From a virus (taxonomy: Duplodnaviria > Heunggongvirae > Uroviricota > Caudoviricetes): a stretch of DNA of 13,994 nt. The notes beneath the pieces were generated by a model. That model did not search any database. It saw nothing but the letters and a program-made list of their open reading frames with translations, and had not been told where the DNA came from. Every line of letters begins with the position of its first letter. Position 1 is the first letter of the stretch. Positions 1 to 7,615 of the stretch are shown piece by piece. The stretch lies in IMG/VR virus record IMGVR_UViG_2585427783_000004; one strand, 5' to 3'. The position numbers were made by a program, and so were the translations under genes.

Positions 1-1614
1 TTATTTATTGGTGAGTACTACGTTCCATGGCAGGAGTTCATCAACTCGGTTGGAAGGCCATTCCGGCAGTACGCTCAGGATATGGCGCAGATACGCTTCC
101 GGATCGATACCGTTCAGACGGCAGGTGCCGATCAGCCCGTACAACAGTGCTCCACGCTCGCCGCCGTGATCGCTGCCAAAGAACATAAAGTTTTTCTTTC
201 CGAGACAGACTGCACGAAGCGCTCTTTCCGCAGCATTATTATCCGCCTCCGCCAGACCGTCATCACTGTAATAACAGAGGGCATCCCACTGATTCAGTAC
301 ATAGCTGAACGCTTCGCCCAGTCTGGATTTTTTCGACAGCGTACCATTCTTCTCCACCATCCATTCATGCAGCGACGTCAGTAACACTTTGCTTCGCTGC
401 TGCCTGACGGCAAGACGCTCTGACTCCGGTAATCCCCGTATTTCATCCTCGATGGCGTACAGTTCACTGATTCGCTTCAGTGCTTCTTCTGCCGTCGCAC
501 TTTTGCTGCTGATGTATACATCGTGGATTTTTCGCCGGGCATGGGCCCAGCACGCAACTTCTGTCAGTGCACCACCTTCACGTTCTGCACTGAACAACCT
601 GTCGTAACCTGTGAACGCATCCGCCTGCAGGATACCCCGGAAGGGGCGGAGGTGTTGCTCCGGGTGTTTCCCCTGCCGGTTCGGCGAGTACGCGAACCAG
701 ACCGCTGGAGGAGATGACGAACCCACATTGCGATCATCCCGGACATACGTCCAGATACGCCCTGTTTTCGCCTTTTTCTGACCCGGTGCCAGTACCTTTA
801 CCGGTGTGTCATCAGTGTGAATCTTGCGGGTGTTCATTACATAACGGTACAGGGCATCATTCACCGGTGTCATTAACTGGCAGCACGCGTCAACCCAGTT
901 GGAGAGTAAGGCCCGGCTCAGTTCGACACCCTGGCGGGCAAAGATTTCACTCTGACGATACAGTGGCAGATGTTCGCAGTATTTTCCCGTTAACACGCGG
1001 GCAAGTAATCCGGGGCCCGCGATACCACGCTCTATCGGGCGGGACGGCGCCGGTGCTTCAACAATACAGTCACATTTTGTACAGGCTTTTTTTACCCGTT
1101 CTGTGCGGATCACTTTCAGGGCACTGCTCACCAGTTCCAGCTGTTCAGCGCTGACTTCCCCCAGATAATCCAGCTTACCGCCACACTCCGGGCAACAGCT
1201 TTCTTCTGGCTCCAGGCGGTGTATTTCACGGGGAAGGTGTGCCGGTAACGGACGACGATGGCGCGACTGTCGCAACTGGCGGGGAACCTGAGGATCGTCT
1301 TCCCGCCCACTGTAACGATCGCTGTCCTGTTCACGTTGTTTCAGCAGAGCCTCAGCCAGTTCAACTTCACGACGCAGTTTTTCAGAACGGGTACCGAACA
1401 GCATCCGGCGCAGTTTTTCTATCTGAGCCCGCAGATGTTCTATTTCCCGTTCATCTTCTTCGATCTTTTCTTCGGCACGTGTCAGTGCAGAGCGCAGGAA
1501 GGCTTCCGTCTCTTCAACCAGACTCAGTTGCTGGTCTTTCTGACGGAGGGCTTCAGCCTGCTCAGAGAGCAACCTTTCCAGCTCTGCGATGCGAATGAGG
1601 TATTTCTGACTCAT
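1..1614 (-). CDS. IS66-family transposase (TnpC / Orf3), 537 aa
   Basis: ATG at 1614, TAA at 3..1. Translation shows an N-terminal coiled-coil/leucine-zipper region, a CxxC...CxxC zinc-binding motif (CCPECGGK...CTKCDC) and a C-terminal DDE-type region, as in IS66 TnpC proteins (recognised from family signatures, not a search). Confidence 0.9.
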   Translation of the reverse strand: MSQKYLIRIAELERLLSEQAEALRQKDQQLSLVEETEAFLRSALTRAEEKIEEDEREIEHLRAQIEKLRRMLFGTRSEKLRREVELAEALLKQREQDSDRYSGREDDPQVPRQLRQSRHRRPLPAHLPREIHRLEPEESCCPECGGKLDYLGEVSAEQLELVSSALKVIRTERVKKACTKCDCIVEAPAPSRPIERGIAGPGLLARVLTGKYCEHLPLYRQSEIFARQGVELSRALLSNWVDACCQLMTPVNDALYRYVMNTRKIHTDDTPVKVLAPGQKKAKTGRIWTYVRDDRNVGSSSPPAVWFAYSPNRQGKHPEQHLRPFRGILQADAFTGYDRLFSAEREGGALTEVACWAHARRKIHDVYISSKSATAEEALKRISELYAIEDEIRGLPESERLAVRQQRSKVLLTSLHEWMVEKNGTLSKKSRLGEAFSYVLNQWDALCYYSDDGLAEADNNAAERALRAVCLGKKNFMFFGSDHGGERGALLYGLIGTCRLNGIDPEAYLRHILSVLPEWPSNRVDELLPWNVVLTNK

Positions 1615-1644
1615 GACCGTTTTTATAATGCGGTCAGGAGTTTT

Positions 1645-1995
1645 TTACAACATTGTCAGTGAGTTACGGCTGGATGTTTTTGGCTGACGCCAGTCCAGCT
1701 TATCGAGGAGCATTGCCAGTTGCGAGCGGGTAATGGATACCTTGCCGTCACGTACCGCAGGCCAGATAAACTGGCCTTCCTCCAGGCGTTTGGTGAACAG
1801 GCACAGACCATCAGCATCAGCCCAAAGAATTTTGACGGTGTCACCCCGTCGGCCACGGAAGATAAACAGGTGACCGGAGAAGGGATTATCATTCAGCACA
1901 TGTTGTACCTGTTCTCCCAGTCCGTTGAAGGATTTACGCATATCGGTAACGCCGGCAACGAGCCAGATACGGGTACCTGATGGGAGTGAGATCAT
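1645..1995 (-). CDS. IS66 Orf2 (TnpB-like accessory protein), 116 aa
   Basis: ATG at 1995 overlaps the tnpA stop (ATGA), TAA at 1645-1647. The MISLPSGTRIWLVAGVTDMRKSFNGL... N-terminus is characteristic of IS66 Orf2. Confidence 0.85.
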   Translation of the reverse strand: MISLPSGTRIWLVAGVTDMRKSFNGLGEQVQHVLNDNPFSGHLFIFRGRRGDTVKILWADADGLCLFTKRLEEGQFIWPAVRDGKVSITRSQLAMLLDKLDWRQPKTSSRNSLTML

Positions 1996-2417
1996 CTTCC
2001 CCTCCCGGTCAGTTCACGGATCAACACTGTGAGCAGCTCTGGCGATGGATTTTCCAGCGTCATGTTACCGTGACGGAATTCCACCTTGCAGGAACTGGCA
2101 CTGACTCTGGTCTGAGTGGAAGTGGATAAAGACGGCGCAATGGCCGCCACAGGTTCTTTCTGCTCATCCGGCGTTATTTCTACAGGTAATAATTCAACGC
2201 CAGTGTCAGAAGAGGTCGTTACCGGAAGACGCCGCGAAACACGCCCTTCGTTCTGCCAGAGCCTGAGCCATTTGAAAATAACATTATCATTGACGCCATT
2301 TTCACGTGCAATCTGTGCAACACAAGCTCCAGGTTGTGATGCCAGTTCCACCATACGAAGTTTGAATTCATTCGAATAGTTTTTACGAGGTTCTTTTCGC
2401 CAGTCCTGTAATTCCAT
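1992..2417 (-). CDS. IS66 Orf1 (TnpA-like, helix-turn-helix), 141 aa
   Basis: ATG at 2417; first gene of the IS66 triad; N-terminal HTH-like segment (CVAQIARENGVNDNVIFKWLR). Confidence 0.8.
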   Translation of the reverse strand: MELQDWRKEPRKNYSNEFKLRMVELASQPGACVAQIARENGVNDNVIFKWLRLWQNEGRVSRRLPVTTSSDTGVELLPVEITPDEQKEPVAAIAPSLSTSTQTRVSASSCKVEFRHGNMTLENPSPELLTVLIRELTGRGR

Positions 2418-2502
2418 ACTTAGATGTCCGTCTATATCAGATGGGCGTCTAAGTTACCAATTCTCGTCTGATGGCTACATACGGCGGTCAGTTTACGCTT
2501 AC

Positions 2503-3348
2503 GACAGAGTTATAATTTTTGCCAAAATTGGTAATGTCAGAATTTAATCCCTTAATTAAGTCTGCTGACGGCTTACCTTTTTGCCCCAGCTCCATTAGCT
2601 TCAATCCCATCTCATCTGAGTGAATTTGTGCTCGCTGAGCCCTGTCTAGTTGAGCGTTCTGGATATTTGCCCATCCTCTCGCGTTCTCCATGTCAGCCTG
2701 ACGCATACTTTCATCCAGTCGCCCTTGCTCAAGTCGACGACCTTCCATTTGATCTTTGATATCGAAATACTTCTCATGACCGAGAGAAAACAGCGCCAGA
2801 TTACCTGCGAAATGCTGGAAGCCCTGCGGGTCATTAACCTGCATTTCAGCAATAGTTTCTGGAGGGATACCTAAACGACGCATCTCCTGCTCATTATCCA
2901 TCATGAACCTGCCAAATGCGCCCTGACCAAGCGATGAGGCTACCTGTGCTTTGAGCGCCAGATTGCCATAATCATCCCTTTGAGCATCATCGACATAACT
3001 CATCCCTTTACGGACTTCCTCAAACTCTTCTGGGAATGCTGTAATAAGATTACGCATCTGCTCCCTGTCACCGGACGCATAAGCATCTGCATAACCTTTC
3101 TGGAATGCCGCTTTACGTTCCTGCTGTTGCTGCTGCTTATAAATGTCAGCAACTCCAGCCAGACCACGAAGACCTGTCAGAGCAACGTTATTTGCACCTG
3201 AGCGAGCCAGTTCATTGTTTTCGCGGATCAGACCAAGCGTTGCGTTAATGTCGCTTGCCTTTGGCGCATTCTCATTTTGCGCACCGATGCCAGCCAGAAA
3301 ACCACCAGAATTAATACCCTGTTGCCACGTAGCCATAAATTTACCCAC
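2503..3348 (-). pseudogene. Q/E/R-rich, predicted alpha-helical protein of unknown function; 3' end interrupted by the IS66 insertion
   Basis: Open frame from 3348 (alternative ATG at 3334, MATWQQ...) runs without a stop into the IS. The last codons and stop (V-S-V-N-TGA, 2502->2488) are encoded by the IS terminal repeat itself, so the native C-terminus is missing from the window. Poly-Q tract (QQQQQ) and coiled-coil-like composition. Confidence 0.55.
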
Positions 3349-3514
3349 GTCCAGTTAAAGTGTAAGCCAGCGCCTTATCCATTAATCCCCGAGCAATTTC
3401 GTGGATCGTTGGCGCAACTCCTACCTCTGATTTTTTACGCTGCTCCTCCTGAATTTTCTTTATCGCTTCCATTTGCTTCTCACTTATCAATACTGGCTTT
3501 ACTGAAATAGCCAT
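3341..3514 (-). CDS. Small protein (57 aa), possible DNA-binding regulator; first gene of an operon with the downstream helical protein
   Basis: ATG at 3514 preceded by AAGGGGGG about 5 nt upstream; 8-bp overlap with the next ORF (3348). The longer ORF-track version (start 3643) runs through a terminator hairpin, so the internal start is preferred. Confidence 0.45.
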   Translation of the reverse strand: MAISVKPVLISEKQMEAIKKIQEEQRKKSEVGVAPTIHEIARGLMDKALAYTLTGRG

Positions 3515-3548
3515 AACGCCCCCCTTAGAACTGTATAAAACAACAGTC

Positions 3549-3577
3549 ATTATAGTTTCATAAAACGCAACATTCAT
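3549..3577 (-). promoter_or_regulatory. Candidate sigma70-type promoter for the 57-aa/286-aa operon
   Basis: Perfect TATAAT on the minus strand (plus coordinates 3554->3549) about 35 nt upstream of the ATG at 3514; the -35 is weak (ATGAAT at 17-bp spacing), so it may be activator-dependent. Confidence 0.3.
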
Positions 3578-3610
3578 CATTGTGATTGCAAAATATGAAA
3601 CAAATAGCAC

Positions 3611-3642
3611 AAAAAAATGCCACCGTTCAGTAGCTGGTGGCA
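3611..3642 (-). terminator. Rho-independent terminator for minus-strand transcription
   Basis: On the minus strand: stem UGCCACC / GGUGGCA (7 bp, 3642-3636 and 3624-3618) with an 11-nt loop, immediately followed by a run of 7 U (3617->3611). Confidence 0.5.
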
Positions 3643-4008
3643 TCGTTCTGTATGTCAGGTTTTGACAGTTTTTTTATGGACTCTAAAAACTATATTTATG
3701 GAGTCGCATTACTCTTCACGGCAGGCGCTTTCCAGTTCTGCCCTTGCTTCTGGCTCCATTGGTAATTTGATTCGCGATCAGCTATGCGGATGGTTTGCTG
3801 AACAGGCATAACAACATCTCAGAGGCTATTTTTTGAACTACGAAAATTTCGTAGTGCTCACCTTCAAAAACGTCACGCCCTTGTACACTGGATTTTACAA
3901 AAGTCTCGTAAAACTCTTTGCTGTTCTGGGCTATGTGCCAAACCGCAGCGAATACCTCCGTCTGCCAGATGAGCAAAACATACCTTATAAAGAAAATCGC
4001 TGTTTTTG

Positions 4009-4112
4009 CTGTACCACCTGTACCACCATGTCACAAACCCTTGTGTGGCGCGGCCTGCAGGTGGTACAGGTGGGTAAAAATGACCTCTCCCCACCTGTAC
4101 AGACCTGTACCA
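4009..4112. repeat. Iteron array B: direct and inverted copies of GGTGGTACAGGT / tandem 9-mers TGTACCACC; candidate crr/ori-like site
   Basis: Tandem CTGTACCACC-TGTACCACC at 4009-4027, GGTGGTACAGGTGGGTAAAAATGACC at 4060-4085, ACCTGTACAGACCTGTACC at 4094-4112. Same core motif as array A, 1.1 kb away. Confidence 0.5.
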
Positions 4113-4117
4113 TTTAT

Positions 4118-4855
4118 TTAATTTTTACCCATAGCAGCACATAATCCCTTTTTTGAAATATTGAAAAATGCGTTCATTCTTCCCGCTGGCTTAACCTTGT
4201 AGCCGCTTGCCACCATCGCCGCAATAAATGCTCCGTTGGGGATATAGTGCGGGTGATCACTGTGCTGGTGGTTTATCTGGTTATATCGCTCCACTTCATG
4301 CTTCAACGTGTCAGATGTGGGGTTATCCTGCGGGAAGCTCTCAATCTGGGCATTACTCATCCCGTTGTCTCTGATCCATCTCAGGCAGCTTTTCGCCGAT
4401 ACGATAAATGACGGGTTATCAAGCGGGTTTTCCCAGTCCGCATTCCGGTTGTGGAGCGCCAGTCCGTCAAGGTTAAATTGTGGGTATTCAGCGGTAATTA
4501 CTGTCACTGCGTGGCGGATTTCAGTCTCGTCACAACATGGCTCATCTCCCACACCAGCAGGGTAATAATCTGAACCACCGGGACTGATACAGCGTTTACC
4601 ACTGAAAGGCCATTGCTTCGCCATTTCGGGTGTTGAGTGATTACCGTCGCTCCGTTCGCGCTGTGCCTCTGTCCACTGGCTGGCATATTCAGTAAATGAA
4701 ACTCTTTGCCCCTGGCGCATCCAGTGCGCAATCATAATTAAAGTGCGTTCCAGACTTTGGATGTCGCCAGCATTCCCGCACTGTGTAGCGAAACTTTTTA
4801 ATTCTTCGCGCTCCGTTCTGGTCATTCCCTGCAGTATGCAATAGTTATTGTTCAT
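4118..4855 (-). CDS. Hypothetical protein, 245 aa (His-rich segment QINHQHSDHPHY); function unknown
   Basis: ATG at 4855 preceded by AGAGGT 4 nt upstream; 11-bp overlap with the upstream 76-aa gene; no stop for 245 codons. I do not recognise the family. Confidence 0.7.
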   Translation of the reverse strand: MNNNYCILQGMTRTEREELKSFATQCGNAGDIQSLERTLIMIAHWMRQGQRVSFTEYASQWTEAQRERSDGNHSTPEMAKQWPFSGKRCISPGGSDYYPAGVGDEPCCDETEIRHAVTVITAEYPQFNLDGLALHNRNADWENPLDNPSFIVSAKSCLRWIRDNGMSNAQIESFPQDNPTSDTLKHEVERYNQINHQHSDHPHYIPNGAFIAAMVASGYKVKPAGRMNAFFNISKKGLCAAMGKN

Positions 4856-5075
4856 GTTTTACCTCTCTGATTTCTGCTGCCATATCTGTTGGCTCTATAC
4901 AGCCGTCCCGACTTGCCACGCAGGGAATAATGATTTCAACGGTATCGCCGTCAATACACATTTCAACATTCGCCCATGCCGCAATGGGTAGCCAGTCTGA
5001 ACGCCCCTCAAACCGTAGCTGCCAGCCAGAGGAAGAAGCTAACTGGCGCACTTTGTAAAATGGTGTGCTCATCAT
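4845..5075 (-). CDS. Hypothetical small protein, 76 aa; first gene of a two-gene operon
   Basis: ATG-ATG at 5075/5072 preceded by GAGGG about 8 nt upstream; overlaps the following 245-aa gene by 11 bp. Confidence 0.6.
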   Translation of the reverse strand: MMSTPFYKVRQLASSSGWQLRFEGRSDWLPIAAWANVEMCIDGDTVEIIIPCVASRDGCIEPTDMAAEIREVKHEQ

Positions 5076-5118
5076 TGGTTGTTCCCTCTCAGCCAGCCAG
5101 AAGAAATGCGTTTGTTAA

Positions 5119-5222
5119 TGGTATAGGTGGTACAGGTCTGGTATAGGTAAGATATTGACCTGTACCACTATAACGCATTGTTTTTAATGCTGAATTAGCA
5201 AAGTGGTATAGGTGGTACAGGT
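5119..5222. repeat. Iteron array A immediately downstream of the primase gene: two direct 18-bp copies GGTATAGGTGGTACAGGT plus an inverted partial copy; candidate origin of replication
   Basis: GGTATAGGTGGTACAGGT at 5120-5137 and 5205-5222; GGTATAGGT again at 5140-5148; inverted ACCTGTACCACTATA at 5158-5172. The array begins 30 bp after the primase stop. Confidence 0.5.
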
Positions 5223-5251
5223 AAAAACGATCTTCTTGTAAAAAGACTATA

Positions 5252-7603
5252 TTAAAAAACATCATAACCCCCCATACCGATCAGACGGGCAAACGCAGCC
5301 TGTAGAACTCCGACCTCTGGTAGTTCGTAGAACACGCCATTCCCTCGGTCTGGTCTTCCATGCTTCACCAGCCCCATTTGTGCAAGTGATTTACCCAGTA
5401 GTGATCTGGCAGCTGGTTCTTTAAGCTTTTCCCCACGCTCAAGCGACCACGCTACAAATCGACTAACCATATCCTTTGCAAACAAACGGACTTCGCCATT
5501 AAACGGAGGTTCATTGATTAGCTCGCCATAAAGAAACAATTCAACGCCAGACAGCCCCAGCAAGATTTCTTCACGTAAGGCATCGGTCTGTGGCGCTCGT
5601 TGAGGGTCAAAACCTGAGAGATCCACCCCTTTAAGATGCCAAAGCAACTTTGCGGCACCGCCATCATTAAGCCAACTGTACAGCCGATCAAAATACTCCC
5701 GGCTCTGTGCTTTTTCAGGAGATGGCTCAAGCACGAGATAGCGGCGCTCTCTTATCCCTGCCTGTAATACCTGTGTGCTGTTACTGGCAAATATCAACCG
5801 GGCAAAATTCGGCATTGGTTCAGCATCAATTCCCTTGCGCTCAAGGTTAAACGTCGGTTCGCTAATAATCGCTTTAAGTCTGTCAGCTTCAGACGGCTTG
5901 TGGATCGTCACTTCGTCAGCAAATACCAGTAGCTTGTTAGCAAGTATTGAATTGAAGCGCCCTGAAATATGTCCCGCCCCGTTAATGTGGGCGGCGTACT
6001 GCCCCAGTATTTGCAGCAGCGGTTTAACCGTTGTGCCTTTCCCTGTGCCCGGGACAGATTTCATCACGATTGCCACGGACGGTTTTTCATCAGGCTTTTG
6101 GATAATGTGCGCCATCCACTGGATAAGATATTGGTATGCCTCTTCATTACCGGCACAGACAACCTGCAACAGGTGATTAAGGTATACCGTGCAATCTCCT
6201 TCAATTGGTTCCAGTGCCAGCCCCTCATACAGATTAAAAACATCGTCAGGGCATTTGTCTGGTACTGGATAAAATCCTACGCCTCCTGGCTTGTAGTTCT
6301 TCCCACTCCATGACAGCCACGCCGATCCCGCCAGCTTTCTGGCGACTCTCGGTTTATGATGAAAATAATGCTGAAATTGTGATAAATCCTCGAAAACGTG
6401 CGATACACCGCCGGTTTGAGAAGGCTTTAGCGACACCCCCTTGTGTTTCCCGCCGATGGTGACATGCGTAAACGTCCGGTTGATTTCTTCGAGGACAGCA
6501 ATTTCATCATCGCTTAACACCTCGCCAGAACTGATCTCATTCAGCGCCCCGACTGACTGTTTGTGATTTTTCACCTGCGCCCCTTTCCCCCGTGGCTGGT
6601 ACATCGAATCTTTAAATGCTGCTGTGGCTGCCGCCAGCCCGTGTTGTTGGTGATAGTCGTTCCAGTCGGCTTTATAGTCAGTCGGTGGCAGAGACACCCA
6701 GCCAGCTACGGAAATAGCGGCCCTCTCTGCGGCATCTTTCCCCGTGTTGATCCCTCCACTTTCGGAGTTTCCTTGCTGGTGATCGTTATCTGCGGCAATG
6801 ATGATTTGTGCCTGTGGATATGTTCTGCGCATGACTTCCGCTACTGGCAACAGGTTGCCAGCGTCGATTGCTGCCACTGTCATTGCGTCAGGGCGAATTA
6901 AATGGCACGACAGGGCGGTAGCCACCCCCTCAGCAATTATGATGCTGTGAGGTCGTTTCTGTGCGTTTATGGCGTGATATGCCCCTCGCTTTGCTGAACC
7001 TGTCAGGAGTCTTTTTTCACCATGTGAGGTAATAGTCTGTGCTGCTGTGACTGCGCCGGATTTATCCACCAGCGCCAGCAACAGAGATCCATCGGGCAAC
7101 ACAGGGAATGTAAAATCACCTACCCCTTTCGCAACCAGATAATCAGATTTGCCGTTTACAGCCTTTCTGCGCATGTCATCAAACTGACGGGAAAACGTAT
7201 CCCGTCTTTGTTGTTCGTCCTTCTCTGCCCTTTTCAGGCGCTCCTGTTCGCGTCGCTGGCGCTCGGTTTCCAGTTGTTCCCGTTTCTGGCTGGTGGCTTC
7301 TGGTGTTTCCGTTGTCCGGTAATCAATACCCAGAACATCAGCGGCAAGAAGCGCCGCCTCTGTTGTGTCGCAGTTATTTACGCGTTTAATTAAATCCAGC
7401 CCATCACCAGCGCCGCACTGATTACAGATGAAGCTACCGCGCCCGTTGTCATCGAACCGGAATCGATCTTTGCCCCCACATGCAGGGCAGGGAGCATGAC
7501 GGCGCGGAGAGTCAGGGACATTTATGTTCAGGCAGTCCAGCACATGAGGCCAGTTGTTTTCAGACGCACTGATAACCTGACGGATAAGATCAATGTTTCG
7601 CAT
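5252..7603 (-). CDS. P4 alpha-like bifunctional primase/helicase (zinc-binding primase N-terminus, TOPRIM-like middle, P-loop NTPase C-terminus), 783 aa
   Basis: ATG at 7603. Zinc-ribbon motif CPACGGKDRFRFDD...CNQCG near the N-terminus, Walker A-like VPGTGKGTT, overall size close to P4 alpha (about 777 aa). Recognised from family signatures. Confidence 0.9.
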   Translation of the reverse strand: MRNIDLIRQVISASENNWPHVLDCLNINVPDSPRRHAPCPACGGKDRFRFDDNGRGSFICNQCGAGDGLDLIKRVNNCDTTEAALLAADVLGIDYRTTETPEATSQKREQLETERQRREQERLKRAEKDEQQRRDTFSRQFDDMRRKAVNGKSDYLVAKGVGDFTFPVLPDGSLLLALVDKSGAVTAAQTITSHGEKRLLTGSAKRGAYHAINAQKRPHSIIIAEGVATALSCHLIRPDAMTVAAIDAGNLLPVAEVMRRTYPQAQIIIAADNDHQQGNSESGGINTGKDAAERAAISVAGWVSLPPTDYKADWNDYHQQHGLAAATAAFKDSMYQPRGKGAQVKNHKQSVGALNEISSGEVLSDDEIAVLEEINRTFTHVTIGGKHKGVSLKPSQTGGVSHVFEDLSQFQHYFHHKPRVARKLAGSAWLSWSGKNYKPGGVGFYPVPDKCPDDVFNLYEGLALEPIEGDCTVYLNHLLQVVCAGNEEAYQYLIQWMAHIIQKPDEKPSVAIVMKSVPGTGKGTTVKPLLQILGQYAAHINGAGHISGRFNSILANKLLVFADEVTIHKPSEADRLKAIISEPTFNLERKGIDAEPMPNFARLIFASNSTQVLQAGIRERRYLVLEPSPEKAQSREYFDRLYSWLNDGGAAKLLWHLKGVDLSGFDPQRAPQTDALREEILLGLSGVELFLYGELINEPPFNGEVRLFAKDMVSRFVAWSLERGEKLKEPAARSLLGKSLAQMGLVKHGRPDRGNGVFYELPEVGVLQAAFARLIGMGGYDVF

Positions 7604-7615
7604 TCTGGCCCCCGT

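Larger units (their letters stand above)
1..2502 (-). mobile_element. IS66-family insertion sequence, partial (distal end lies beyond window position 1)
   Basis: Three co-oriented ORFs in the canonical IS66 order tnpA-tnpB-tnpC, with an ATGA start/stop overlap between tnpA and tnpB. The minus-strand terminus reads GTAAGCGTAAACTGACC at 2502->2486, the usual IS66-family end. IS66 elements are about 2.5 kb, so the other inverted repeat should lie roughly 40-50 bp before position 1. Confidence 0.85.

Noticed and set aside
82-1598. Plus-strand ORFs (82-384, 389-607, 523-717, 714-1154, 1239-1598, 1258-1662) antisense to the IS66 transposase
   Set aside because: They lie entirely inside a well-supported 537-aa transposase gene on the opposite strand, have no ribosome-binding sites and have odd compositions; they are typical antisense shadow ORFs.
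3341-3643. The 100-aa version of the small ORF starting at 3643
   Set aside because: The N-terminal extension runs through the terminator hairpin and the promoter; the internal ATG at 3514 has a ribosome-binding site, so the 57-aa version is preferred.
3782-4144. Small ORFs in the 3644-4117 gap (3782-3976 minus, 3873-4094 minus, 3833-4144 plus, 3918-4121 plus, 3617-3811 plus)
   Set aside because: The 3782-3976 ORF begins with TTG, not ATG; the others cover the iteron array and palindrome, have Cys/Trp-rich or low-complexity translations and no convincing ribosome-binding sites. The region is more likely regulatory or origin DNA.
4009-5222. Possibility that the GGTGGTACAGGT repeats are a CRISPR array
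   Set aside because: The repeats are 9-18 bp, occur in both orientations, have irregular spacing and no spacer-repeat periodicity; they fit iterons or operators, not CRISPR.
5518-7393. ORFs nested in or antisense to the primase gene (5518-5730 minus, 5775-6176, 5969-6313, 6563-6901, 7208-7393 plus)
   Set aside because: Embedded in a 783-aa gene with clear family signatures; Cys/Trp-rich low-complexity translations; no independent start signals.
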